From positions 1-37,831 of the forward strand of contig JANQMK010000380.1 of assembly GCA_028280085.1 (NCBI GenBank): a stretch of DNA of 37,831 nucleotides. The letters are read 5' to 3'. The DNA is from Pseudomonadales bacterium (lineage in GTDB: Bacteria; Pseudomonadota; Gammaproteobacteria; Pseudomonadales; JANQMK01). The notes beneath the pieces were generated by a model. It saw nothing but the letters and a program-made list of their open reading frames with translations. It was not told the DNA's origin and made no database searches. The translations under genes were made by a program, and so were the position numbers. Below, in pieces: positions 19,472 to 28,323 of this stretch. Position 1 is the stretch's first letter; each line of letters opens with the position of its first letter.

Positions 19472-21241
19472 TTGAATAATATTATCTACGTTATTTTAAG
19501 GCGGCTGAGATTTCCTGTTTTACTGGTTATCATTGTATATGCAATATCAGTGTTAGGTTTTGTCTTGATCCCAGGCATTGATGATGATGGTCAGCCTTAT
19601 CGTGTTGATTTTTTCCACGCTTTTTATTTTGTTAGCTTTATGGGCACGACAATCGGTTTTGGTGAACTGCCTCATCCATTTACACCGGCCCAACGTATGT
19701 GGGCACTGGTTTGTATTTACGGCACTGTGACGGCGTGGCTTTATAGTTTTGGTAAGGTGCTGGCTTTGTTGCAAGATCCGGTGTTTTCCCGCATTGTCCG
19801 GCGGCGCCGTTTTACACAGCAGGTAAAAGATATCCAAACGCCTTTTTATCTGATATGTGGTTTTGGCAGTAGTGGTGTTACCCTGGCATCAGAGTTAGCC
19901 TTACAGGGAATTAATACCGTAGTAGTCGATATTGATCCGGAAAAGATTGAGTCGATTGAAATATCCAATATTATTGTTCACGTGCCCGCTTTCTGCGGAG
20001 ATGCTGGTGACCCAGAGATATTGAATGATGCGGGTATCAAGCACCCTTACTGCGTTGGTGTATTGGCAACTACAAGCAATGACCAAGTTAACTTATCGGT
20101 TGCTATTGCGAGCAAACTGCTGGCTCCCGAGCGAATCGTCATTAGTCGTAGCAGTCACGCTGATACGACAGAAAATCTCGCTTCTTTTGGCACTGACCAT
20201 ATTATTGATCCTTACGAGACTTTTGCCGAGCAACTCACATGGGCATTGCACAAGCCCTATCAGTTTATGTTACAGCAATGGTTACATACACCCAATGACG
20301 ACGTTTATGAAAAGCTAGCGCTGACACTGCGGCATTTAGGTGACATACGGCAGTTTAACAATGAGGAACAAGATAATGAATCGTCTCGCGAGTTTGGTCT
20401 TGAACATTGGATTATTTGTGGTTATGGCAGGTTTGGTCAAGCATTGTATAGGCGTTTCGATCAACTGGGTGTCAGGTGTGTCGTGATTGAGCCTAACTTG
20501 ACGGTAGCTAATGCGCCGCAAGGTTCAATTGTGGGCACTGGTGTTGACGAGGCATCATTGGTACAGGCCGGCGTTCATGACGCTACTGGCATTATCGCGG
20601 GTTCCAATACGGATGCGAACAACTTATCCATCATAATGACAGCAAAAGCGCTAAATGAAAATATTGTAACGGTAGCGCGACAAAACCATCATATTAATAA
20701 GCCGCTATTTGATGCCGCTAATGTTGATATAATCATGCACCCGTCAGAATTAGTTTATTTTAAAATCTTGCTGCTGGTGCAAAATCCACTATTAGTTAAA
20801 TTTATTGCGCTGATGCATCGCAAGACAGACTTATGGGGACAGGTGTTATTAGCTAACATTCATGATATCTGCGGCAATGGTCGCATTAATTGCTGGACGT
20901 TATCAGTTGACGAGATTCACGCTGAGGGGATAATGAAAGCATTGTCTCGCGGTTATGATATTTCACTAGGTTTGTTGGCAAAATCAACACAATCTATTTG
21001 GTCACGACCGGTGTCCATGCCGCTGTTGGTAAAGCGTGCTCAAAACTATATATTGGTTCCTGGCAGCGATTATTTGTTACAAGCAGGCGATGAGGTATTG
21101 TTTGCGGGTCTGCCAGGTGTTGAGCGCCGGATATATCGTACGGCGTCAAGCTATGCTGTCATTTATTATCTGATTACGGGTAAAGATTATAGCAGAAGCT
21201 TTTTAGGTAAATGGTTGGATAGGCGAGCAGAAAAAGTCTAG
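19472..21241 (+). CDS. 2TM potassium-channel protein with two cytoplasmic RCK/TrkA-N domains.
   Basis: TM1, pore helix and filter (FMGTTIGFGE), then TM2. Two Rossmann GxGxxG motifs follow (ICGFGSSGV and ICGYGRFGQ). The start is TTG, with gaggcgag upstream. Confidence 0.85.
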   Translation: MNNIIYVILRRLRFPVLLVIIVYAISVLGFVLIPGIDDDGQPYRVDFFHAFYFVSFMGTTIGFGELPHPFTPAQRMWALVCIYGTVTAWLYSFGKVLALLQDPVFSRIVRRRRFTQQVKDIQTPFYLICGFGSSGVTLASELALQGINTVVVDIDPEKIESIEISNIIVHVPAFCGDAGDPEILNDAGIKHPYCVGVLATTSNDQVNLSVAIASKLLAPERIVISRSSHADTTENLASFGTDHIIDPYETFAEQLTWALHKPYQFMLQQWLHTPNDDVYEKLALTLRHLGDIRQFNNEEQDNESSREFGLEHWIICGYGRFGQALYRRFDQLGVRCVVIEPNLTVANAPQGSIVGTGVDEASLVQAGVHDATGIIAGSNTDANNLSIIMTAKALNENIVTVARQNHHINKPLFDAANVDIIMHPSELVYFKILLLVQNPLLVKFIALMHRKTDLWGQVLLANIHDICGNGRINCWTLSVDEIHAEGIMKALSRGYDISLGLLAKSTQSIWSRPVSMPLLVKRAQNYILVPGSDYLLQAGDEVLFAGLPGVERRIYRTASSYAVIYYLITGKDYSRSFLGKWLDRRAEKV

Positions 21242-21243
21242 GG

Positions 21244-21277
21244 CACCTCTGAAGCATTTCCTCATTATTCAGAGGTG
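21244..21277 (+). terminator. Hairpin immediately after the channel stop codon. Possibly a terminator, but with no U-tract.
   Basis: cacctctga (21244-21252) pairs perfectly with tcagaggtg (21269-21277) around a 16-nt loop. No T-run follows, so its intrinsic-terminator status is uncertain. Confidence 0.35.
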
Positions 21278-21369
21278 GCCATAGCTGACTATGTTCAGCG
21301 CAATAGTCAATATGGAATGGATAGCAAAATAAGATAGCAATATAAAGAGGTAATTGAGGTAGATAACTG

Positions 21370-21744
21370 GTGAAACCCGATTTGGATTCTTTGCCAAAGA
21401 TAGAATATTGCATTCATCAATTCTATCAGCAAGTATTGGATGATGAGTTATTGGCCCCCATATTTAAAGTTACCGCAAATGTTGATATCGAGGTTCATAT
21501 TCCAATTATTTGTTGCTATTGGGAAAAGTTGCTCCCGGGTGGAGATCGATACAAACGCCATACGATGAATATTCACCGCAATATTGCGGCAAAAACTCGT
21601 TTGGAAGCTCAGCACTTTGAGCGCTGGCTCGCATTGTTTATCGCGACGTTGGAAGATAATTATGAGGGTGCAAATACCCAGCGAGCCAAGCAGATTGCCC
21701 GTCATATCAAAGCGAATATGGAAAGGGCGCTTGTTGTTAATTAG
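21370..21744 (+). CDS. Group III truncated hemoglobin-like globin.
   Basis: 124 aa. FYQQVLDDELLAPIF...HIPIICCYWEKLL...HF.RWLALF resembles the 2-on-2 globin (Ctb-like) pattern as I recall it. The start is GTG, with GAGG about 10 nt upstream. Confidence 0.7.
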   Translation: MKPDLDSLPKIEYCIHQFYQQVLDDELLAPIFKVTANVDIEVHIPIICCYWEKLLPGGDRYKRHTMNIHRNIAAKTRLEAQHFERWLALFIATLEDNYEGANTQRAKQIARHIKANMERALVVN

Positions 21745-21879
21745 TCTAAATTTAGTACAAACTGCGATATTAGTGCTCCGCTAGTGCGTAATTTTGATGA
21801 AACATGGCGTAACATTTTTGATAATGTGGACACTCTGTTAGTATTTAATATATTGAAGTGATTATATTCGGAGCTGGAT

Positions 21880-22044
21880 ATGAAAAAATGGGAATGTGTA
21901 ATCTGTGGTTTTATTTACGATGAAGCATTGGGTCTACCTGATGATGGTATTGCGCCTGGCACGAAATGGGAAGATATCCCTGATGACTGGGAATGTCCCG
22001 AGTGTGGTGTTAGTAAATTCGATTTTGAAATGTGCGAAGTTTAA
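21880..22044 (+). CDS. Rubredoxin (54 aa). Not in the supplied ORF track because it is below the length cut-off.
   Basis: My own translation is [54 protein letters not shown]. It has both CxxCG knuckles (CVICG and CPECG) and the conserved W/Y/F core. A GGAG lies 5 nt upstream. Confidence 0.92.
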   Translation: MKKWECVICGFIYDEALGLPDDGIAPGTKWEDIPDDWECPECGVSKFDFEMCEV

Positions 22045-22096
22045 TTCAACTTGTCGCCACCGGGAGTAGCAGATAAACCGACATAATAAAAAGCAC

Positions 22097-23419
22097 GTGC
22101 TAAAAGCATTTGGATGTCATGTAAATACTAATACCATTAGCCCACAAGTTTGCCGCAAGATAGCTAGAGAAACTCTCCTTAGTCATCCTTATACTGCGAT
22201 AACAGTAGCCATTCGGAGATTTTCAATTAGATGGTTTGCAAAACTAAGGTTGGTTGCACTGGCTATTCCATGGTTCTCGCCTATTCATTTACAAGCATTT
22301 GATAAGGCACCTGATGTATGGTCTTATCGCTCTAAACTCACTACCAGCTCTTTGTTAGTAGACATTACCGAAACGGGTGGTCGTATTTACGCTTGTGGAG
22401 AGCGAGGGCATATTATTTATTCAGATGATGATGGTGATAATTGGTCTCAGGCTCATGTGCCTAGCCGGCAAATGATTACTGGTATAGATTTTCCTACCCC
22501 TAACAAGGGGTGGGCAGTCGGTCACGATGGAAATATTTATTATTCTGAAGATGGCGGTGTTAATTGGGTTATGCAAGTAGATGGCTTGGCCCGGAAGGCA
22601 CAAGCCAATCGCCAATATTTGCATCGTTTAGGTCAAGAACTAAAAGAAAAAACAATAGTATATGCATCTATTCAACAAAAATTTTCTCATAACGAAAATC
22701 AAACTAAATCAAGACTCGCCTTACAACTAAAGCAACTGCAGTTTGATATTGAGCAAATGCAGGATGATATCCAATACTACGAGCAACAGTTTATGTCTGT
22801 GGTAGAAGTACCGTGGCTAGATGTCTGGTTTAGTAATTCAAATCATGGCATCGCTGTCGGGGCTTTCGGTAGAGCTATGTTAACTGAAGATGGTGGCAAA
22901 ACATGGCAAAGCATAAAAAATGCTTTCAGTAACCCTGATGAGTATCACTTGAATGCTATTGAGGGGACAGACACTGGCAGACTGATTGTTACTGGCGAGG
23001 CCGGAACTGTCTATCGCTCAAATGATTTTGGTAAGACTTGGGAAACCCTTAATTCTCCTTTCGAGGGCTCGTTTTTTGGTGCCGCTATCCAACCTGAAAC
23101 CCAGACGGTACTTATCTTTGGAATTGCTGGTGGGGTGTATCGATCCAATAATTATGGCGATAGTTGGCTACCTTTCAACGTCGACATACCCCATAGTCTA
23201 AATGGCGGGATATTTACCCGGAGTAGGGGCATTACCATCGTTGGTGTCGGCGGCCATGTGTTAACGCGTAAAAACCATAATGAAGCGCTAACTGTTTCGA
23301 CACTGCCAAATCGCCAACATTTGAATAAAGTCATTGAAACACACACTGGTCGTCAGATTGCGGTCGGTCAAGGTGGTGTACATATTTTGCCTGTTCAACA
23401 TAAGAGGCTAAGTCAGTAA
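22097..23419 (+). CDS. Ycf48/BNR-repeat beta-propeller protein (photosystem II assembly factor-like fold), probably exported. The start codon is uncertain.
   Basis: It has repeated S-x-D-x-G-x-T/N-W blades: SDDDGDNWSQ, SEDGGVNWV, TEDGGKTWQS, SNDFGKTWE and SNNYGDSWL. A signal-like segment FAKLRLVALAIPWFSPIHLQA is present. There is no in-frame ATG before residue 126. GTG 22097 has no Shine-Dalgarno and TTG 22250 is an alternative. Confidence 0.75.
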   Translation: MLKAFGCHVNTNTISPQVCRKIARETLLSHPYTAITVAIRRFSIRWFAKLRLVALAIPWFSPIHLQAFDKAPDVWSYRSKLTTSSLLVDITETGGRIYACGERGHIIYSDDDGDNWSQAHVPSRQMITGIDFPTPNKGWAVGHDGNIYYSEDGGVNWVMQVDGLARKAQANRQYLHRLGQELKEKTIVYASIQQKFSHNENQTKSRLALQLKQLQFDIEQMQDDIQYYEQQFMSVVEVPWLDVWFSNSNHGIAVGAFGRAMLTEDGGKTWQSIKNAFSNPDEYHLNAIEGTDTGRLIVTGEAGTVYRSNDFGKTWETLNSPFEGSFFGAAIQPETQTVLIFGIAGGVYRSNNYGDSWLPFNVDIPHSLNGGIFTRSRGITIVGVGGHVLTRKNHNEALTVSTLPNRQHLNKVIETHTGRQIAVGQGGVHILPVQHKRLSQ

Positions 23420-23480
23420 GAACTGTTTCATGCTAGATGATATTGGATTATCAATACCTGACAGGTAGGTAGTGCTAAAT

Positions 23481-25847
23481 ATGAATGACATTAAAACAGC
23501 CACTCATCCCGCTAGTGGCGGCTATGTAGAACGGCATCTGGAGCATTGGCTGTTCAGTTCTAAAAAAACCTTTTTAGCGATATTTACGTTGGCAACGATG
23601 TTTTTTGCCTATCAGCTGTCTCAGCTTGAAATAGATACCGATTTTCGCAAGATGTTGCCGCAGCAGCACAGTTACATAGAAAACATGATGACGCATCTTG
23701 CTGATATTGGTGGTTCGGCAAATTTTGTTGATGTGGTGGTTGAAACTACGCAGGGTGATATCTTCAGTAAAGAATACATGGAGGTTTTGCGGAATATTCA
23801 TGATGAGCTTTTCTATATCCGGGGAGTAAATCGCACAGAACTTTTGTCTTTATGGAGCCCAGCGGTACGTTGGATAGAGGTGTCGCCAGAAGGTTTTATC
23901 GGTGGTGCGGTCATACCAAATAGTTACGATGGAACGCCGGACAGTATAGAAATGTTAAAAAACAATGTGCTTAGATCAGGCCGTGTTGGCTCAATGGTCG
24001 CCGATAACTTTAAATCCACCAAAATCACCGTTGGCTTATTAAAAGAGTATCCTGATACAGCAAAACCAATAGATTTTTATCACCTTTCGACAGAGTTAGA
24101 AAAAAAAATACGTGAAAAATACAGCTCCGATACGATTAGAATTCACATCGTTGGTGTCGCTAAAATGATAGGAGAACTCACTAGCGGTGGCACGATGATA
24201 GTGATGTTTTTTGCCATAGCAATGACCATTACCTTTGTCTTATTGTTTATTTATTCCCGTTGTTTAAAAAGCACTGTGGTACCACTACTTTGTTCACTAC
24301 TAGCAGTTGTTTGGCAGCTTGGGCTGTTACGCACGCTCGGATACGGACTGAATCCCTATTCCATGCTGGTCCCATTTCTCATCTTTGCTATTGGTATGAG
24401 CCATGGTGTGCAAGTAATTAACGCCATTGCGGTTGGAGCCGATACCGTTGAGGCGAAGGAGGAAATGGCGCGTATGGCATTTCGTAGCCTTTGTGTTGTT
24501 GGTGTCATGGCTTTATTGAGTGATGCCGTCGGCTTTTTAACTTTATTTGCCATCGATATTGCAGTGATTCAGGAGCTTGGTTTGGTTTCTGCTATCGGTA
24601 TGGCCGTGATTATGGTAACGAATTTGCTATTGTTGCCAGTTATCATGTCCTATGTTGGGGTCAGCAAGCGCGGCATTGCGCATATGAAAATCAGTACTAT
24701 TCATAACACTAACTTAGCTCGTCGCATGGCAAAGTTCACTACTGCAAAATACGCTATTGGGTCGATGGTTGCCGCTGCCGTCCTAGCCGCGTTTGGCTTG
24801 CATATCAGCAAGGGGCTTAAGATAGGAGACTTAGATAAAGGTGAACCTATGTTGCATCCAGATTCAGTTTACAATAAAGATGTCGATTTTCTAAATCAGC
24901 ATTACGCACAAAGTAGCGATACCTTTGTCGTGTTAGTTGAAACTGAGCATGAGTCTTGTTCAGAGTACGAAAATATGGAAGCAATTGATCGTTTTGAATG
25001 GGAAATGGCGAATGTGGAAGGCGTGCAATCGACGATGTCTCTCGCGAAATTTTCTAAGCTTGCCATTACTGCAACGACGGAAGGAAATTTAAAATGGAGT
25101 ACTTTACCCCGTGACCAAGCTATGTTGAATGGCTCGTTTCGTCAAATGCCAAGCCAACTAATGAGTCCGGATTGCAGTTTTGCACCGGTTGTTTTATTTT
25201 TAGATGATCACAAAGCGGAAACGCTAGATCGCATCACGGCCGCGGTTGCGCGCTTTGCCGAGCAAAACAATACGAATACAATTAAGTTTAAAATGGCAGC
25301 GGGAACTGCCGGTATTGAAGCAGCGACTAATCAGGAGATTGCTAAATCACAAACCCGGATGTTAGTGTTGGTTTATAGTGTAGTATCATGCCTGTTGTTT
25401 GTGACATTTCGATCGATTGCAAGTGTGATATGTATTATCGTTCCTCTGGTACTGACATCGATATTATGCCAAGCCTTAATGTCTTTGTTAGGTATCGGTG
25501 TGAAAGTTGCCACGTTACCTGTGATAGCACTAGGTGTTGGTATTGGTGTCGATTATGGTATCTACGTGTATAGTCGTTTTGAGGCTTATCTGAAACAAGG
25601 TATGGCCTTATCTGAAGCGTATAACATGGCGTTTAGGGTGACGGGTAAAGCGGTCGCCTTTACTGGCGCCACTTTAGCGGTTGGGGTTTTTACTTGGATA
25701 TTTTCCCCTATTAAATTTCAGGCAGATATGGGCATCCTACTGACATTTATGTTTTTGTGGAATATGATTGGTACGCTTTGGCTGTTACCTGCCCTGGCCT
25801 TTTTTTTAGTTGATACAGAAAAATTTGCGCCAAGGGTTGTGGATTAG
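23481..25847 (+). CDS. RND-superfamily (MMPL/HpnN-like) inner-membrane exporter.
   Basis: About 790 aa arranged as two halves. Each half has one TM helix, a large periplasmic loop, and then a block of about 5 TM helices. This is typical of the RND exporters that co-occur with Ycf48-like genes. ATG 23481 (MNDIK) is preferred and GTG 23472 is possible. Confidence 0.85.
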   Translation: MNDIKTATHPASGGYVERHLEHWLFSSKKTFLAIFTLATMFFAYQLSQLEIDTDFRKMLPQQHSYIENMMTHLADIGGSANFVDVVVETTQGDIFSKEYMEVLRNIHDELFYIRGVNRTELLSLWSPAVRWIEVSPEGFIGGAVIPNSYDGTPDSIEMLKNNVLRSGRVGSMVADNFKSTKITVGLLKEYPDTAKPIDFYHLSTELEKKIREKYSSDTIRIHIVGVAKMIGELTSGGTMIVMFFAIAMTITFVLLFIYSRCLKSTVVPLLCSLLAVVWQLGLLRTLGYGLNPYSMLVPFLIFAIGMSHGVQVINAIAVGADTVEAKEEMARMAFRSLCVVGVMALLSDAVGFLTLFAIDIAVIQELGLVSAIGMAVIMVTNLLLLPVIMSYVGVSKRGIAHMKISTIHNTNLARRMAKFTTAKYAIGSMVAAAVLAAFGLHISKGLKIGDLDKGEPMLHPDSVYNKDVDFLNQHYAQSSDTFVVLVETEHESCSEYENMEAIDRFEWEMANVEGVQSTMSLAKFSKLAITATTEGNLKWSTLPRDQAMLNGSFRQMPSQLMSPDCSFAPVVLFLDDHKAETLDRITAAVARFAEQNNTNTIKFKMAAGTAGIEAATNQEIAKSQTRMLVLVYSVVSCLLFVTFRSIASVICIIVPLVLTSILCQALMSLLGIGVKVATLPVIALGVGIGVDYGIYVYSRFEAYLKQGMALSEAYNMAFRVTGKAVAFTGATLAVGVFTWIFSPIKFQADMGILLTFMFLWNMIGTLWLLPALAFFLVDTEKFAPRVVD

Positions 25848-26107
25848 GCCAAATGCTCTTGCTATTGGGTATCAGTTTTCAAAGCTATCATATTAATCCT
25901 ATAGAATTTCCTAAACTATGTTGGTTTATAATGGGCAAATAGAGTTTGTAATAACGGCTTGTGTAAAAGTATGATAGAGTATCTCATATATTAGGTTATT
26001 CAATAAGACAGCAAGTAGTTTTAGCTAATAAAAACAAGGAAGAATAATGAATAATGAGAACAGCTCAAGAAGATAAAATCGTAACCTAAGCACCAGCAGG
26101 GATAATT

Positions 26108-26154
26108 GTAGTTAATGTCATTAACTACATGATTCATTAAACATGATTCATAAA
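26108..26154. promoter_or_regulatory. A 21-bp perfect palindrome followed by a tandem 14-bp direct repeat, upstream of the MlaC-like gene. Candidate operator.
   Basis: gtagttaatg-t-cattaactac (26108-26128) has 10-bp arms. acatgattcattaa (26127-26140) and acatgattcataaa (26141-26154) are identical at 13 of 14 positions and abut each other. Confidence 0.4.
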
Positions 26155-26236
26155 CATAAGTCATTAACAACACAGTATGGCAATCAATAAGACAGTAAAA
26201 AGGGCGGTCAACAAATAGGAGTATGGCGGTAATACA

Positions 26237-26971
26237 ATGTTTTTAATGCCAAGGATAGTCATATTTTTGATTAGGATTAGTACTAGCTTTCTAATGAGGA
26301 ACGGTACTGGTTATGTCGTTTGTATAGCTACCTTGTTATTGACAACTACGTGGTCCTTGTCGGTAGTAGCTAGCACTACGGCTGTTATAGCCAGTACTAA
26401 CGTGCTGAAGGTAGATACAGATAAAGCACCATTTGGCTTAGCACAGATGTTTGGTGAGAAGGTTGATTATCTTTATGAACGATTGCCACAAGTGAAAGAA
26501 CTGCATGCTGTTGAACGAAATGCCTATCGGTCAGCAATTGCAGAGGTGCTGGATAGTGAGTTAGATTTGCGTCGCATTACCCGCGGTATTATGGGATCTT
26601 ATTTTAAAGGTGCAACTTCCAAGCAGCGCAGAGCTTTTTATAGTAAATTACGTAGCGATTTTATAGACTATTGTGCAGCGGGTTTGATAAAAGTAGATTT
26701 TAAAGGGCTAACTAAACCCAAGATTGTGGCTGTTGATGACAAGGATAAAAATTCGGTAAAGCTCGAGGTTCGTACGCGAAGTGGTAGAACAGTGCCAGTA
26801 TTGGTTTCTCTATCAAGAAAGAAAAAAGAGAACCATTATCGAATTGTAAATATTGTTGTCGCAGGAATCAACGTAGGTGTTATGCTGCGTCATCAATTTA
26901 CGGCTTCTTATCTATTATCTGGCGGCAATATAGATAAAGTCATATCGGAATGGAGCCCTATTTCGTTATAG
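26237..26971 (+). CDS. MlaC/Ttg2D-family periplasmic lipid-binding protein.
   Basis: It has a signal-like N-terminus, then LDLRRITRGIMGSYFKGATSKQRRAFYSKLRSDFIDYCAAGL...YRIVNIVVAGINVGVMLRHQF, which resembles the Tgt2/MlaC fold signature. The start could instead be an internal Met (26246 or 26294). Confidence 0.7.
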   Translation: MFLMPRIVIFLIRISTSFLMRNGTGYVVCIATLLLTTTWSLSVVASTTAVIASTNVLKVDTDKAPFGLAQMFGEKVDYLYERLPQVKELHAVERNAYRSAIAEVLDSELDLRRITRGIMGSYFKGATSKQRRAFYSKLRSDFIDYCAAGLIKVDFKGLTKPKIVAVDDKDKNSVKLEVRTRSGRTVPVLVSLSRKKKENHYRIVNIVVAGINVGVMLRHQFTASYLLSGGNIDKVISEWSPISL

Positions 26972-27046
26972 CTTACCAGTACATTGGTTTAGCTTAAAAA
27001 CGTTCTCATAGTAGTTTACATATTATCTGATTATGGAAGCTTTTTT

Positions 27047-28273
27047 GTGCTGAATCGAATTTGGTTTGGTTTCTTCTTGATAGCCTTTTTTTCTTCATTG
27101 GTGCAATGGCTTTGGGGACATGATAGTAATAGTTTTAAGGAGTTTATCCAGGCGATGTTTGATGCCGCCAAATTGGCGGTGGAGCTTGCGATCGGCTTGA
27201 TTGGTATATTAGCGTTATGGCTTGGTTTATTTCGAATTGCCGAAGCGGCCGGCCTCATCAGTTGGTTGGCAAAATTGTTTACCCCGTTGTTTCAATATAT
27301 AATGCCTGATGTTCCTCGGGGGCACCCTGCCCAGGGCTCCATTACCATGAATATGGCGGCTAACATGCTTGGCCTTGATAATGCTGCTACCCCCATGGGT
27401 TTACAAGCCATGCAGCACTTGCAGTCAATTAATCAAAAACCAGATACCGCGACAGACGCTCAAATTTTATTTTTAGTATTAAATACCTCTTCTGTTACGT
27501 TGTTGCCAGTCACTATTTTTATGTATCGGGCTCAATTTGGCTCTGCTGACCCGACTGAAGTTTTCCTACCTATTGTTGTTGCAACATCTGCATCTACCTT
27601 TGCCGGTATTTTGGCGGTGGCCTGGTATCAGCGAATCAATATTTTGCATCCAGTTGTGATGGCTTACTTTTTTGTATTTAGCTTTGCCCTGGTGTCGATG
27701 ATGTATTTTGTGTTAAGCGGTAGTGCCGATAGTCTTACTACAAAGTCCAGCCTTATAGGGAATCTCATATTAGTCTGTATTGTGATGTTGTTTTTGGCAG
27801 TTGGATTTTGGAAAAAAGTAGATTTATTTGAGACTTTTGTTGATGGTGCTAAAGCAGGATTCGATACCGCAGTGCGGTTGATACCTTATATGGTCGCTAT
27901 GCTGGTGGCGATAGCTGTATTAAGGGTGAGTGGTGCAATTGATTTTTTTAGTTTAGCCGTGGCCAAAATCATTAATATAGCTGGGGGAAATACAAAATTC
28001 ATTGACGCACTGCCAACTGCGTTGATGAAACCCTTAAGTGGCAGTGGTGCGCGAGCGATGATGATTGATACCATTAATACCTATGGGGTAGATTCCTTCG
28101 TGGGACGTTTAGCTGCTGTGATACAGGGCAGTACCGAAACAACGTTCTATGTGTTAGCGGTTTACTTTGGTAGCGTCGGCATTAAGAAAATACGCCATGC
28201 GTTAGTGTGTGGATTAATTGCTGACTTGGCTGGTATCTTAACGGCTATTGGAGTTTGTTATTTATTTTTTTAA
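27047..28273 (+). CDS. Nucleoside-recognition (Gate) domain membrane protein, fused SpmA/SpmB type.
   Basis: 408 aa and polytopic. Both halves carry Gate-domain-like segments (LGLDNAATPMGLQAM, and LSGSGARAMMIDT with GSTETTFYVLAVYFGSVG). The start is GTG, with GGAAG 7 nt upstream. Confidence 0.75.
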   Translation: MLNRIWFGFFLIAFFSSLVQWLWGHDSNSFKEFIQAMFDAAKLAVELAIGLIGILALWLGLFRIAEAAGLISWLAKLFTPLFQYIMPDVPRGHPAQGSITMNMAANMLGLDNAATPMGLQAMQHLQSINQKPDTATDAQILFLVLNTSSVTLLPVTIFMYRAQFGSADPTEVFLPIVVATSASTFAGILAVAWYQRINILHPVVMAYFFVFSFALVSMMYFVLSGSADSLTTKSSLIGNLILVCIVMLFLAVGFWKKVDLFETFVDGAKAGFDTAVRLIPYMVAMLVAIAVLRVSGAIDFFSLAVAKIINIAGGNTKFIDALPTALMKPLSGSGARAMMIDTINTYGVDSFVGRLAAVIQGSTETTFYVLAVYFGSVGIKKIRHALVCGLIADLAGILTAIGVCYLFF

Positions 28274-28323
28274 TGGGAAACATTTATCTTGTGCGGTTGA
28301 CTATTATTAATTGGTCAACGAGC

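Noticed and set aside
21174-21413. 79-aa minus-strand ORF spanning the gap between the channel and the globin.
   Set aside because: It overlaps the ends of two supported plus-strand genes and the terminator-like hairpin, and has no motifs.
27031-27258. 75-aa minus-strand ORF at the start of the SpmA/B-like gene.
   Set aside because: It is antisense to a supported membrane-protein gene and its composition is low-complexity.
28276-28323. A gttgac-N13-gtcaac hairpin between the convergent SpmA/B-like and CheY-like genes, considered as a bidirectional terminator.
   Set aside because: The stem is only 6 bp, the loop is a large AT-rich one, and there is no flanking T/A tract. That is too weak to call.
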